The position numbers and the translations under genes are program-made. DNA of 63,338 nucleotides, filler included, from Octopus bimaculoides (lineage: Eukaryota), in the NCBI RefSeq assembly GCF_001194135.2. It is 6 parts of 6 records of this genome, joined end to end, with 100 filler letters (N's around TTAATTAATTAA, not from the genome) between each part and the next. Parts side by side here need not be neighbours in the genome. Positions count along the whole stretch, not along the records: positions 47,263 to 56,085 come from NC_068981.1; positions 56,186 to 61,339 come from NC_068994.1; positions 61,440 to 63,338 come from NW_026300541.1; 3 more parts are not named here. One strand, written 5' to 3'. The notes beneath the pieces are model-generated. The model was not told the DNA's origin and ran no database searches. It saw nothing but the letters and a program-made list of their open reading frames with translations. Shown here in pieces: positions 50,671-63,338 of the stretch (positions are counted from its first letter, which is position 1; every line of letters starts with the position of its first letter).

Positions 50671-52858
50671 CTGCAGATACAATACCCTTACGTATCTCAC
50701 GTCTGTTTTCATTCCTCCACTTCACTCTGTATTTCATATCTTCTCTATAATAACTATTACTTAAACATTTTCTCACACCGTCTCTGATGTAAAATATCCC
50801 GGAAACAGCTGTAAGGCTTCTTTATAAATATTCTGAAAACTTTCACAGCTTTGGATTTTTTAAAATCTCATTCTGTTAATTTATATATATATATGCATGC
50901 TAATATACGACCTACGTTGGACTCCTCATTCGTATCATCATCGAACTTGGAGCGTAACTAAAGTATTTCTAAAGCACTTACTCAATATTATCTGATAACT
51001 TTGGGTCTTCTTGACACCAATATCTCTCATGCCCTCGATATATATAAATATGTGTGTGTGTGTGTGTGTGTGTGTTTGTACCTACATATATGTACATATA
51101 TACGTATATGCATATATATACGTGTTTGTGTGCACGTAAACATTTACACCGTATTCACAAACGCACACGCACACTCGCACACGATCATTCACACTCACAC
51201 AGATGCGCATAAACACACATGAATACATGATTGACTTCGATGGTATTTCCGAGGCATTTAAAATCCTGTTTCTCTTTGGTTGATACAACTCATGTGATAG
51301 TCTCAAGCAGCTTTTTGCAAATTCTCATATTCGAATGCAGTAACCTTCTCTCTAGACTGCGGTTCGTAGTTTCTAGCTCTCCAGCAGTGGATACCTTGTA
51401 AAATAGCGCCCTTTATATTGCATCGGTGGCTTTCTTTTGAGTTCTGACCCTCAGATAAGCAGACAGTTCCCTGTATTGAAAGCCATTGATCACTATATTT
51501 TCTGCAATTGCTATAAGCCTAAGTCATTTCGTTTGTCGGACAACATGTTCCTTGAGAAAAGTTTTCGGATCATTCATCTACTTTAGACAACCGTACTTCA
51601 TGATGTTGCAGATTTCAGCTTTCTTAACTGTGGCGCTTCCTTCCATGTTCAACTTGCTCACAGGCTTCCCAAACTTTTACGATAAAAGCTTACAAAATAT
51701 TAAAAAGTTTTTTCCTATCAAACAATCTCATTATATAGAGATAAGCTTTACCTGTATGGGTATATGAGCATATACACGCAAACAAGCGCGCACTCCTTCC
51801 CCTATATATATATATATACACACACACACTGTTGAGATTCATTTCCCCGATCTTTGAATATGTAAAACTCGCTATTAACACTCAATAAAGTTTTATCTTA
51901 GAAAGAATAAGCTAAGACACTATAAAACCTATTGATCTACTGTTTCATGTATGCACAATTTTTTATGTCATGACAAGAAACCACACTTACAAACTCTCAC
52001 ACAAACGCATATATACTTATACTTTATAAATGTCGTTTTAACTGATACTTGAAGTTTCGCATGTCGGTTTATTCAAAGAGTGAGCTCTATTTTTCTTTCT
52101 AATGTATATATCGTGTTAAATGAAAAGCATCATTATTAAAAACACGTGGCAGGATACAAAACTATCATCGCTATTAAAATTGCATATCAGTATGGTTATT
52201 CTTGAGCAGTAAATATCTGATTATTAAGGTTAAAGTTTATTGAAAGGATGGTGACTAGGTAAAGAAACAAATAAGATTATATTAAAAGTGCAGGAAGATC
52301 AAACACTGGTCAAGTAGGTAGTAGGAATGGAGAGGTGTTATTTCTATTGAACTAATCGAAGTGAGAAAAACGTAGCCGATGGTTCATGTTAGCGTGTATT
52401 TAATGTCTATGTTTGTCTCTTAGTTATGTTGTATCTATATGTTTGAATGTTTGGTTGTGCATGATTGTATTTGTATGAGTGTGTTAAAGTGTGTTTTTGT
52501 GTAAAGTTATTAGAAATGTTTGAGGAATGTTCACATGGTAAATTAATGCATAATCATATTAAGATTTTAGATTAAATTTTCTCGCAAAATGTATTTTATG
52601 TTCAGTATAATTCTATTAAATAAATACCAATATATTTTGTATTAGTTTGTTTAAGGAACTTTAAATGTTTATGTGCTAGTCTGTTACGCTGTTTGTATAC
52701 GTATGTTTGTGCTTAAGTGTATTTATATTACGTTATTAATTTGTGTGAACTTTGAGAAGACCTGATGGTATGTAATAACAGTTAGTAACTTTTAAGCACA
52801 CATACACACACACACCTATATACATAAACGTATACATACATACACATATATATATAAA

Positions 52859-52943
<85 letters not shown>

Positions 52944-54359
52944 CTGGATATCAAAGTATACAATTTCTTGAGTGTTGTAATAATATATGCGTTATATAAT
53001 TCCAATTCTTTAATTGCTAGTATATGAATTTGTGGCAGATATGTATATCGCTATATTTGCTGCAACGAAATATGAGAAATAAAGTATTATCTATGCTACA
53101 TCTTCATTTTATTATCTTATGTTAAAAGTTGCCCACAAAAGTGCATAATCAATTCTTGTACACGCATATCTTATTTTGTTAATGTGTACAATATATTTAT
53201 AATAATTTACAAATTATTTATGATGCTGTAAGATTTACATTTTGCATTAATCTATATAATAGAATATATTAAGGCGTATTAACATTAAAGGTAATATGTC
53301 GGTATTATAGGTACTACTATTTAAATACACATCACTTGTATTTATATGCCAACATATGTAATCTGGAATGTATGTATACATGGATAAATAAGCCTAAATA
53401 CATTGTCATACATACCTATTGCGTAAACAACCGAATATATTGGGTAAACAACCGAATATCAGAGGTAACAACTTTGGAATTATTATCTTCCTTGCTTAAA
53501 ATTTCAGCTAAATTCAATTCGAATTTTTTGCACACATATAGATACATACACATACCGGCATTAACATTTTAAATGTATCCCATTACATAGTTCATATTTA
53601 CATATATGTTCACCTGGTTGCGAAGTTTCATATCTTAATCACAGACTTTAGCGTCAAAACTTTTACTGTACATACGCACATGCACGCATGCACACGCACA
53701 TGCATACACGCACAAACACACACACATGCACACACATATTTATATACAAAATGTACGTATGTGTACACACACGCGCACATATCTGCATTATGTATCTTGT
53801 ACGTGCTTGGGTATGTAAACATGATTGTGGAGTTTTACGTATCTTACAAATGTGTAGATGTGGAGTTTGGCTTATGGAATGTAACCTTATGGGATTGTTG
53901 GATGATAAGTTTGATTAATCTAATGATACAGATATTTTCTACAAAGTGAGCGTGCTGGCAAAGCTAGAAAAAAACTTTAAGTTATTGACATAACTTGTCC
54001 ATGAGTGAAGTAAATCCATTGACAAATTTCCAAGTAGATGGTAAATTATTAAATACTGGAATCCTTTCACGAATAGGAGCGCCAAAAAGCACTTAAAAGT
54101 CTCACTGCTACTGATGCCTTATAAATACTGGAACTGGCTAACATTATCGCGGGTGTTTTAGAGATGTTAATAGCATCAGATACCTTGATGACATATTTTC
54201 AGATTTAATTAATTGACTTACCACAGATACAGAACTCAGAACTGGTCTGACCATTAAATTTCTTGCTCAGATTTCTTTCATATTGGTCGGACAACTGTCA
54301 ATTTCATGCGTATATTGGAGTAGTTCTATATTAACCAAGTCTTCTAGGAAAATTGTTAC

Positions 54360-54829
54360 TCAACTGGTTCCAAAAATAAATTTGTCAATCTACTTCATTT
54401 CGGTTAATATAGAAAGGATTGAGGTAACTCCTCCTGAAGATATAGAGTCAAAATTAAAAGAAGAGTGCCATTGTTATCTAGTGAACAATATTTCGACATC
54501 TTGTGTGTATTCAACTGGTTCAAAATATAAATTTGTCAATCTATTTCATTTTGGTTAATATAGAAAGGATTGAGGTAATTCGTCCTGAAGATATAGAGTC
54601 AAATTTAAAAGAAAAGTGCCATTGTTATCCAGTGAACGATATTTCGACATATTGTGTGCATTCAAATTTATTTTTTGAACCAGTTGAAAACACACAAGAT
54701 GTCGAAATATCGTTCACTAGATAACGGCACTTTTCTTTTAAATTTGACTCTATATCTTCAGGATGAGTTACCTCAATCCTTTCTATATTAACTAAAATGA
54801 AGTAGATAGACAAATTTATTTTATGAACC
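54360..54829. repeat. 151-bp unit as two tandem copies plus one inverted copy
   Basis: Units start at 54360 and 54511; 54665-54829 is the reverse complement of the unit. Confidence 0.93.
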
Positions 54830-54940
54830 TGCTTTCGTATTTTTTGTTTTCGTTTTGCTTTCTGCATGCTGTAACTCATCCTTCGATATTGTCCTCCATA
54901 TCTCGGGCCCTTGTGGCCAATAAAAAAATCATCATCATCC

Positions 54941-55006
<66 letters not shown>

Positions 55007-55730
55007 TCACAGATATAAAAGTACAAATACAAATATATATGCATTCACATATATGTGTTAGTGTATTTATATGTATTAAAAATGTGTAATAATATTGCTG
55101 ATAGAAAAACGGGGCTATTATTTATGAATACAATGCAAAAAACAGCAGTTTTATGATACGCCATTATTAACAGTAAGACTAATAATAACTTATAAAGCAA
55201 TATAGTTTCACCAAACATGAATTTTAAAGCCTAATGAATAAAAAATTCATCACACTTTCCTAAATAGACGCCTTGCTGAATATTCAAAAACGCTTTTTGC
55301 TCATGAAGTTATGAGATATATTCAATTGGTTGGGCAAAAAAACAAAACAAAAAAAAAAGAAAAAGCAGGTAAAAAACTAAGTTAATAACCAAATGAGAAC
55401 AGTTGACAAAATACTAGATAGTAAATATGTAATGTCAATATTTACTTACGAATATAGTAGCAAACAATCAACATTCAGAGAAAAAAATTCAATATTTTGA
55501 TAGTTTACACATCAAAGACAAAATTCCTTTTTTAAATACAATGTTATCCGCCAAAAAATTTGAACAACAATTAATGAATGCTCCAAAGATACTAAACAAC
55601 TTGAGACGACATAAGAATGGCTAATAGATGAAGAGAATGACGAGAATGTGTCTATTATGAACAGATAAATATACACTGTTTCAGAATTATACATACCACG
55701 ATATGCATGTATATATTTATCATATATATG

Positions 55731-55768
<38 letters not shown>

Positions 55769-55792
55769 TATATATAAATATATATATGTATG

Positions 55793-55838
<46 letters not shown>

Positions 55839-55879
55839 GCTAGCTATCTATCTAGCTAGCTATCTGTCTGTCTATCCGT

Positions 55880-55936
<57 letters not shown>

Positions 55937-56949
55937 ATCATGGACGGACGGTAGACACATCGGCTCCCATGTAAGTTGCATTTTTCACCTCTTAAAAGAC
56001 CTATTTTGTTTTAAAATTTTGTATAAGTTGTGTATAACACAAAATACTTCGTGAACATATATTTTTCAAATCGGAAATAGCTCTANNNNNNNNNNNNNNN
56101 NNNNNNNNNNNNNNNNNNNNNNNNNNNNNTTAATTAATTAANNNNNNNNNNNNNNNNNNNNNNNNNNNNNNNNNNNNNNNNNNNNTATATATATATATAT
56201 ATATCCTCTCTCTATCTAGATGTCTGTGCAACTTAGTGTGTCGTCTGCATTAGCTTAACTTATCTATTATCTACATGACTCTCACCACTCTTTTTCGCTT
56301 ACACTCTTTTGCATACCTCTCTCCCTCTCTCTATCTCTCTATCTCTCCCTCTCTCTCTCAGTTTTTCTACACCATTCGTCACTCTTACTCTTCCCTTTTA
56401 CTCTTTCACACGACTGTGAAGCTGTTACTCTTTTTCTGTGAGTATATATGAATGCTTTTCAATGTACAATATACATGAATCCTATAGACAACGACATGTA
56501 CGACATATGCATGTATAAATTCACATGCATAGATATACACAAGCATACACATATACATAAAACTATACATAATTATATGCATGCACATATACAGATATAT
56601 GCATATATTTATACATATGTGTGTATTTTGCGCGCATGCGTGCGTGCGTGTGTGTGTGATGAAATCTTACTGTGAGGTAAATAAGAATGTTAGCACATTC
56701 TTGAATTTCATATGCAAAAAAAGGCATGGAGTTTCCTGACCAACTGTTTCACAGGTTGTTGGTCACTCCTCAGAGAAGACTACCAGTTTCTTTGCCCGCC
56801 AGCAGCATAAAATATTAAGCTAATGCTTAAAGCAGGTCGAAATACGGCTCTTGCCATAGTAGGTTGTTCCACTTTCATATTTGTGTACAATACAAGAGAT
56901 TTGAATGAAACCAGAAGTGTTTTCCCTGAGAAATGTCCAACGACTTTTG

Positions 56950-58250
56950 AAATGCTCTATGAGGAGAATCTCTATACTTTTTCCTGCAGATGGCTAACAA
57001 GCTCTGTCTGCTGACTGACTTGCTAAATAATCTATAGTAGTAGCCTGACAGATGCTACTACTCCGGTTAGAGTAGACGTGAGAACTACAGTAGCTAAGAG
57101 GTGGTATGGCATTCATCACAGCCCTGGAACTTCTGAACCAGAGTCCTACTTTTAGACACAGAGTCAATCTTACACAGGACTAACACTACCTCTATAGAAA
57201 GCCTAACGAGGAAGTCATACACAAGCTTAATAAATCGAACCACACTGCCTAAAATTACGAATCTTGTAAGTGGAATACGTTGATTTCGCGGCAGAAATAT
57301 ACAGATGATGGCCAACTATTACAAAGACGCATTGCAAGGATTAGCTTTAGAAAGAATCTAGTATACACCGAACTTTTCTCTATTTCATCAGCAGAACTAG
57401 GAAGGGGAAAGTAGCACGGATTCAATTTCCCATTTTATTTAACATTGTACTTAAACCTGAACATTTTATCATGTTTTACATCAATACTAAAAAAGAAGCC
57501 CTTCGACTTAAATTATATAAACGATAGCTATTCTTGTCCAGACAATATGAACTGCATTTTTTGTTCACGTTCGTATTCAAAAGGAATTTGTGTCAGGTTT
57601 TTGTTCTCTTCAATATTTTGGAGTGGTTGCCTCTTCTGCTGCTAGATTCCTCTATAAGCACTTCTCCTCGAAATAAATTGTTATAATAAACGTGGCTTCG
57701 ATGGAAATGTACCTCTGGGATTCAATCAAAAATATTGCTTCTATAATCTCTCTCAAAAACTGTCAGGGAGCTCTCACATATCAAAAAATTTGTAATGAAT
57801 GAAATACTTCTGTCTATATGTTCAATTGACTGGGCCTCTCTCCAAATTAACGATGTAGATAAAGAAAACATTAGCCTTCAGATCGTATTTTCAGGAATTA
57901 TACAAACACATTTAGCTAGCGATACAACCTACATTTATACTCATTCGTATCCAACAACAATGAGAATTCCACCTTTTTGTCGTCAATAGTCTGTTATATT
58001 GCGGACAGAGCTATATCACGAAAGTGTAATTTTGCTTCACTGAAACATTTCTGTACCTAAAAGAGTCGGTGGGATTTGATGAGCTTGCGATTTGAGATCA
58101 TTTCTATCTACAGTCTTCAGACACCATTCGTTAGAGACATCTCCCACCAAACAGAAATACCAATGGGACGGACATGTTCCCCAGATTCAACACGATGTAA
58201 TCATTGCAACGTTGCTTTATGTAGACACTGCCCATCAAATCATAAGGCTC
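56950..58250 (+). mobile_element. Highly decayed piggyBac-like transposase
   Basis: C-terminal KYQWDGHVPQI...TRCNHCNVALCRHC cysteine-rich tail, preceded by LMSLRFEII. Upstream frames are broken and TIRs were not found, so the 5' limit is uncertain. Confidence 0.55.
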
Positions 58251-59656
58251 TCTCCTACGGGGCTGTACACAAAGCCAGCAGCAGCAACTTTATCTATAAG
58301 GATGCATTACAAACTAACCCTCTTCAACATAAGCAAATAATTTCAAATCATGGACTGACTATAGAACCGGTCTTTCCAGTTCATTCCACTTAGGCGCTCG
58401 ACGAACACATGTAGTGAAGATATCTCGTTTATCTAAACACTGAAGCATCAACTGAATCTTAATACAAACTGTGCATCACGTATAATGTAATTATATTTTC
58501 ATTTGTACATATAAATATATATTTACGTAGGTATGCGTATATACATATATGTGTGTGTGTGTGTATAAATATATATATATAAGACCAAATATATATAAAT
58601 ACACACACATACACATCGCACACACACACGAATCGCACATACATACGCACACTCACACTCACACACACGCATACACACACAGATGCACACACACTCGCGC
58701 GCACGCTCAAATATATATTTGGAACTTTATGAGAATTACTTGATAGAGTTTTTGAAATGTACAGGTGATTTCTTTTTTCAAATTATTTGAAAGAACAAAT
58801 GTTATGAAATCTGTTATGAGGATGTTGCTAACCTTTTGGGGNNNNNNNNNNNNNNNNNNNNNNNNNNNNNNNNNNNNNNNNNNNNNNNNNNNNNNNNNNN
58901 NNNNNNNNNNNNNNNNNNNNNNNNNNNNNNNNNNNNNNNNNNNNNNNNNNNNNNNNNNNNNNNNNNNNNNNNNNNNNNNNNNNNNNNNNNNNNNNNNNNN
59001 NNNNNNNNNNNNNNNNNNNNNNNNNNNNNNNNNNNNNNNNNNNNNNNNNNNNNNNNNNNNNNNNNNNNNNNNNNNNNNNNNNNNNNNNNNNNNNNNNNNN
59101 NNNNNNNNNNNNNNNNNNNNNNNNNNNNNNNNNNNNNNNNNNNNNNNNNNNNNNNNNNNNNNNNNNNNNNNNNNNNNNNNNNNNNNNNNNNNNNNNNNNN
59201 NNNNNNNNNNNNNNNNNNNNNNNNNNNNNNNNNNNNNNNNNNNNNNNNNNNNNNNNNNNNNNNNNNNNNNNNNNNNNNNNNNNNNNNNNNNNNNNNNNNN
59301 NNNNNNNNNNNNNNNNNNNNNNNNNNNNNNNNNNNNNNNNNNNNNNNNNNNNNNNNNNNNNNNNNNNNNNNNNNNNNNNNNNNNNNNNNNNNNNNNNNNN
59401 NNNNNNNNNNNNNNNNNNNNNNNNNNNNNNNNNNNNNNNNNNNNNNNNNNNNNNNNNNNNNNNNNNNNNNNNNNNNNNNNNNNNNNNNNNNNNNNNNNNN
59501 NNNNNNNNNNNNNNNNNNNNNNNNNNNNNNNNNNNNNNNNNNNNNNNNNNNNNNNNNNNNNNNNNNNNNNNNNNNNNNNNNNNNNNNNNNNNNNNNNNNN
59601 NNNNNNNNNNNNNNNNNNNNNNNNNNNNNNNNNNNNNNNNNNNNNNNNNNNNNNNN

Positions 59657-59689
<33 letters not shown>

Positions 59690-60371
59690 TAATAAATGCG
59701 CCCTTTTAGAGCCTAGCCAGACTCATGGGCCCCGTTTCCCGGTTTCAATGGCGTATGTGTTCCCCAGCTGGACGAGACGCCAGTCCATCGCAGAATATAT
59801 ATATATATATATATATATATAAGACCAAATATATATAAATACACACACATACACATCGCACACACACACGAATCGCACATACATACGCACACTCACACTC
59901 ACACACACGCATACACACACAGATGCACACACACTCGCGCGCACGCTCAAATATATATTTGGAACTTTATGAGAATTACTTGATAGAGTTTTTGAAATGT
60001 ACAGGTGATTTCTTTTTTCAAATTATTTGAAAGAACAAATGTTATGAAATCTGTTATGAGGATGTTGCTAACCTTTTGGGGGGAAGTAGATTTTTTTTTT
60101 AGTGTATGAACGCTTTCATTTAACCTTTTCAAATAATGTATATGGATAAATTGCTCCTTCGTATAAATATCATATCATTGTCAAACCGCTATCTTTAAGA
60201 TAACGTGTTAGCTCTAGGATACACAAACAAACACGCATACAAACAAATATATATATATATTTATATAAATATATAGATATATATATATGTGTGAGAGATA
60301 GAGGGGAAGATGCAAACAGACAGATATGTTTCGATATATACACATATGTGTACATATACACGTATATATAC

Positions 60372-60429
<58 letters not shown>

Positions 60430-61250
60430 ACATCTATATACGTACACATCTATATTTATGTAAATGTATATTTTATACATATATATGCGTATACATGCAG
60501 ATATATATATATATTTATATACATATATACATATGTGTATATATAAAGATATATTTATGTATATGTATATGTATGTACATGAATGCATATACATATATAT
60601 ATATACATACATAAGTACATACATGTATACAACATATATGCATTTTATATATCTCAAAAATATATACACTCATGTTTCTATAGTATATACATATATACAT
60701 ATATAATTATTCACATAAAACACATTTATGCAGAAACATACACACATCCTCGTCTACCTAACACCAAACGGCATACGCACACATGTACAAACACGTACAC
60801 ACACGTAAACTCAAACCTACATACACACACGTGTACTCACAAAGACACATACAGACACTCACGCACACACAAACATACGAACACAGACACACGCACGCTT
60901 ACAGACAGACGCATATACACACACACACGCACGCACATACTTCCATTTTCTGGTGTGTAAACGTCTCATTTCAGTCTTCGTTCATCTTACAGTGTCTTTC
61001 TGTTCCAGGTTTACGCACACACACAAACACACACACACACACACACGCACACATACACACATAAAACACTTATTCGGACACATACACACACATGTATACT
61101 TATACGTATATACTTACGTATACACACATGTGTAAGCATAAGTATATATATATATACACACATGTATACATGTATATATCTGTGTTTGCAGTTATATATA
61201 TGCATATGTATATATATATATATATATATGCTTATTTATATATGCTTATT

Positions 61251-61288
<38 letters not shown>

Positions 61289-61520
61289 TGTATATACATA
61301 CATGCTCAAATACATATATATAGACAAACCAGCCTGCATNNNNNNNNNNNNNNNNNNNNNNNNNNNNNNNNNNNNNNNNNNNNTTAATTAATTAANNNNN
61401 NNNNNNNNNNNNNNNNNNNNNNNNNNNNNNNNNNNNNNNATGTATGTATTATGTATGTATGAGTGGACTGGGGCATGGATTAACATATCAACATGCCAGA
61501 ATAGACAAATGCTAACATGT

Positions 61521-61556
<36 letters not shown>

Positions 61557-61588
61557 ACGCAATCTGTGAAACACATATATTCACACAC

Positions 61589-61664
<76 letters not shown>

Positions 61665-62261
61665 CTTTACAACGGTTTGTTTCAGTAAACTACGAAGTAA
61701 GTGAAACAGAACCTTTAGGTTCAATTGAAATAAATGTTGCGTGTCGTTAGAAGTCAATTGATTTTCTTGCCTGAGCTGACAGAGGGCCGGGTACTACGGG
61801 TGTCTGCGCTCCACTGACTTTCGTTATCGGCTGCGATAAGGGTAGGTATTGTAGTCGTTGTGAAACAAGATAAACCTTGATAGAGCATTTTTTTCCATAC
61901 AAGCCGCTAGGACATCTTTATTGTCATCAATAGAAGTTTATTTAATGGCCGTTTCTGTACTAAGTGAAAGAAAAGAACCAAATGCTCCCGCCGAACCGAA
62001 TCTGTCACCTGGGTATTGTTTTATTGTTGTTGCTGTTGCTGTTGCTGTTGTTGTTGTTGTTGTTGTTGTTGTTGCTGTTTAACCCTCGGTCTGTCCTGGT
62101 CGTATATAATAACTCTGCTCAAATTGTCAGACGTACCAAATCCGCGTTTGTTTTTTCCAGGTGGATTTCTACAACGCTCCCTGCGTAAAGCGGCGAGTTA
62201 GTAGAATCGTTAATACGTCGTATGTATGTATGTAAATATGTATGTATATATATGTATATGT

Positions 62262-62301
<40 letters not shown>

Positions 62302-62330
62302 ATGTATGTATGTATGTATGTATGTATGTG

Positions 62331-62551
62331 TTGGCAGAATCGTTAGGACGCCGGGCAAAATGCTTAGCGGTATTTCGTCTGCTGTTATGTTCTCAGTTTA
62401 AATTCTGCCGAGGTCGACTTTGTCTTTCATCATTTCGGGGTCGATAATTTAGGTACCAGTTATGCACTGGGGTCAATGTAATCGACTTAATCCCTTTGTC
62501 TGTCCTTGTTTGTCCCCTCTATGTTTAGCCCCTTGTGGGCAATAAAGAAAT
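62331..62551 (+). mobile_element. SINE family C variant with a LINE-derived 3' tail
   Basis: Family C core followed by TGTCCCCTCTATGTTTAGCCCCTTGTGGGCAATAAAGAAAT. Confidence 0.88.
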
Positions 62552-62552
62552 G

Positions 62553-62733
62553 AGAATCGTTAATACGCCGGCCAAAAATACTTACGTTCTGAGTTCAAAT
62601 TCAGCCGAGGTTGACTCTGCGTTTCATCCTTTCGGGTTGATAAATAAATACCAGTTGAGTACTGGGACCGATGTAATCGGTTTATCCCCTTCACCATACG
62701 TGCCAATCTTGCACCTAAATTCGAAACCAATAT
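62553..62733 (+). mobile_element. SINE family C
   Basis: GAGTTCAAATTCAGCCGAGGTTGACTCTGCGTTTCATCCTTTCGGGTTGATAAATAAATACCAG. Confidence 0.8.
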
Positions 62734-62952
62734 TGTACCCCGGGCGTGCGGATACATTGGAGGTACCCCATGGAGTTGGCAAGGCCTAGAACCCATTAAG
62801 TTTTTAGCTGCGTCCCCTAACGTTCTGGGTTCGAATCTCACCGAATAGATTTCGATTTTTATTCTTACGGTGGCAATAAAATAATTACTAGTAAGGTAAT
62901 TGCGTCAGTAATGATGATGATGATGATGATGATGATGATAATGATGATGATT

Positions 62953-63019
<67 letters not shown>

Positions 63020-63020
<1 letters not shown>

Positions 63021-63277
63021 TCAGTAGTTTAATTTTTATAATGTGCTTTCACTTCACTACCGAGCGCAGCTCTGTGCGCCTTGGGTATGTGCTGTGGTTT
63101 GCTGTGGTGCTCTTATGGTTACTGTATTGAAAGTGTTTTGCGTAGGATGTGTGCAGTGCCCAGTAGTGCAATTTTCTGTATGTTATATATATTTGTAAGT
63201 CCTGTTGTTTTCGTTATGTATTTGTCTGAATATTTTTTATTATACCTAAGGCACCTACTATGATAGAAATTGTTTCT
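63020..63277 (-). mobile_element. R4/Dong-like LINE 3' end, family 1 (third copy)
   Basis: Reverse complement of about 14638-14896; flanked by (ATT)n at its 5' side and (ATC)n at its 3' side. Confidence 0.92.
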
Positions 63278-63292
63278 CTTGTTATTATTATG

Positions 63293-63338
<46 letters not shown>

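Noticed and set aside
53415-53505. Minus-strand exon-like segment containing a 21-bp tandem duplication
   Set aside because: The only long open frame ends in TAG at the donor; probably chance.
55450-55620. Strong acceptor/donor pair on the minus strand (171 nt)
   Set aside because: All three frames contain stops; a coding version would need an ad hoc weak internal donor.
58570-60081. Identical direct repeat of about 270 bp (58570-58841 and 59810-60081)
   Set aside because: The copies appear identical, and the first ends exactly at an N-gap, which points to an uncollapsed contig overlap or haplotype duplication.

Overview
This is AT-rich, microsatellite-dense animal genomic DNA with about 16 N-gaps. 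The SINE families, simple-repeat load and TE mix suggest a coleoid cephalopod such as Octopus; that assignment is an inference from recall and was not checked. There is no intact protein-coding ORF, rRNA, tRNA or CRISPR array, and most ORF-track entries are microsatellite or gap artefacts. The window is mostly decayed mobile elements. Non-LTR retroelements include CR1/L2-like, RTE-like, L1/Tx1-like and R4/Dong-like (restriction-like endonuclease) LINE fragments plus Penelope-like fragments. DNA elements include mariner, maT-like, Tc1 and piggyBac relics, MITEs and a Helentron-like nonautonomous element. At least four tRNA-derived SINE families are present. The best leads are: (1) a chain of short, phase-compatible minus-strand exon candidates, including a 6-nt microexon candidate with an upstream UGC motif; (2) several R4/Dong-like families sitting in (TAA)n or (TACA)n arrays, four of them stacked at 44-45.3 kb; (3) a 3' tail shared by a Tx1-like LINE and a SINE; and (4) a tandem-plus-inverted 151-bp triplication that could form a long hairpin. 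I cannot support a confidently novel biological system from the sequence alone. Boundaries of decayed elements are approximate.
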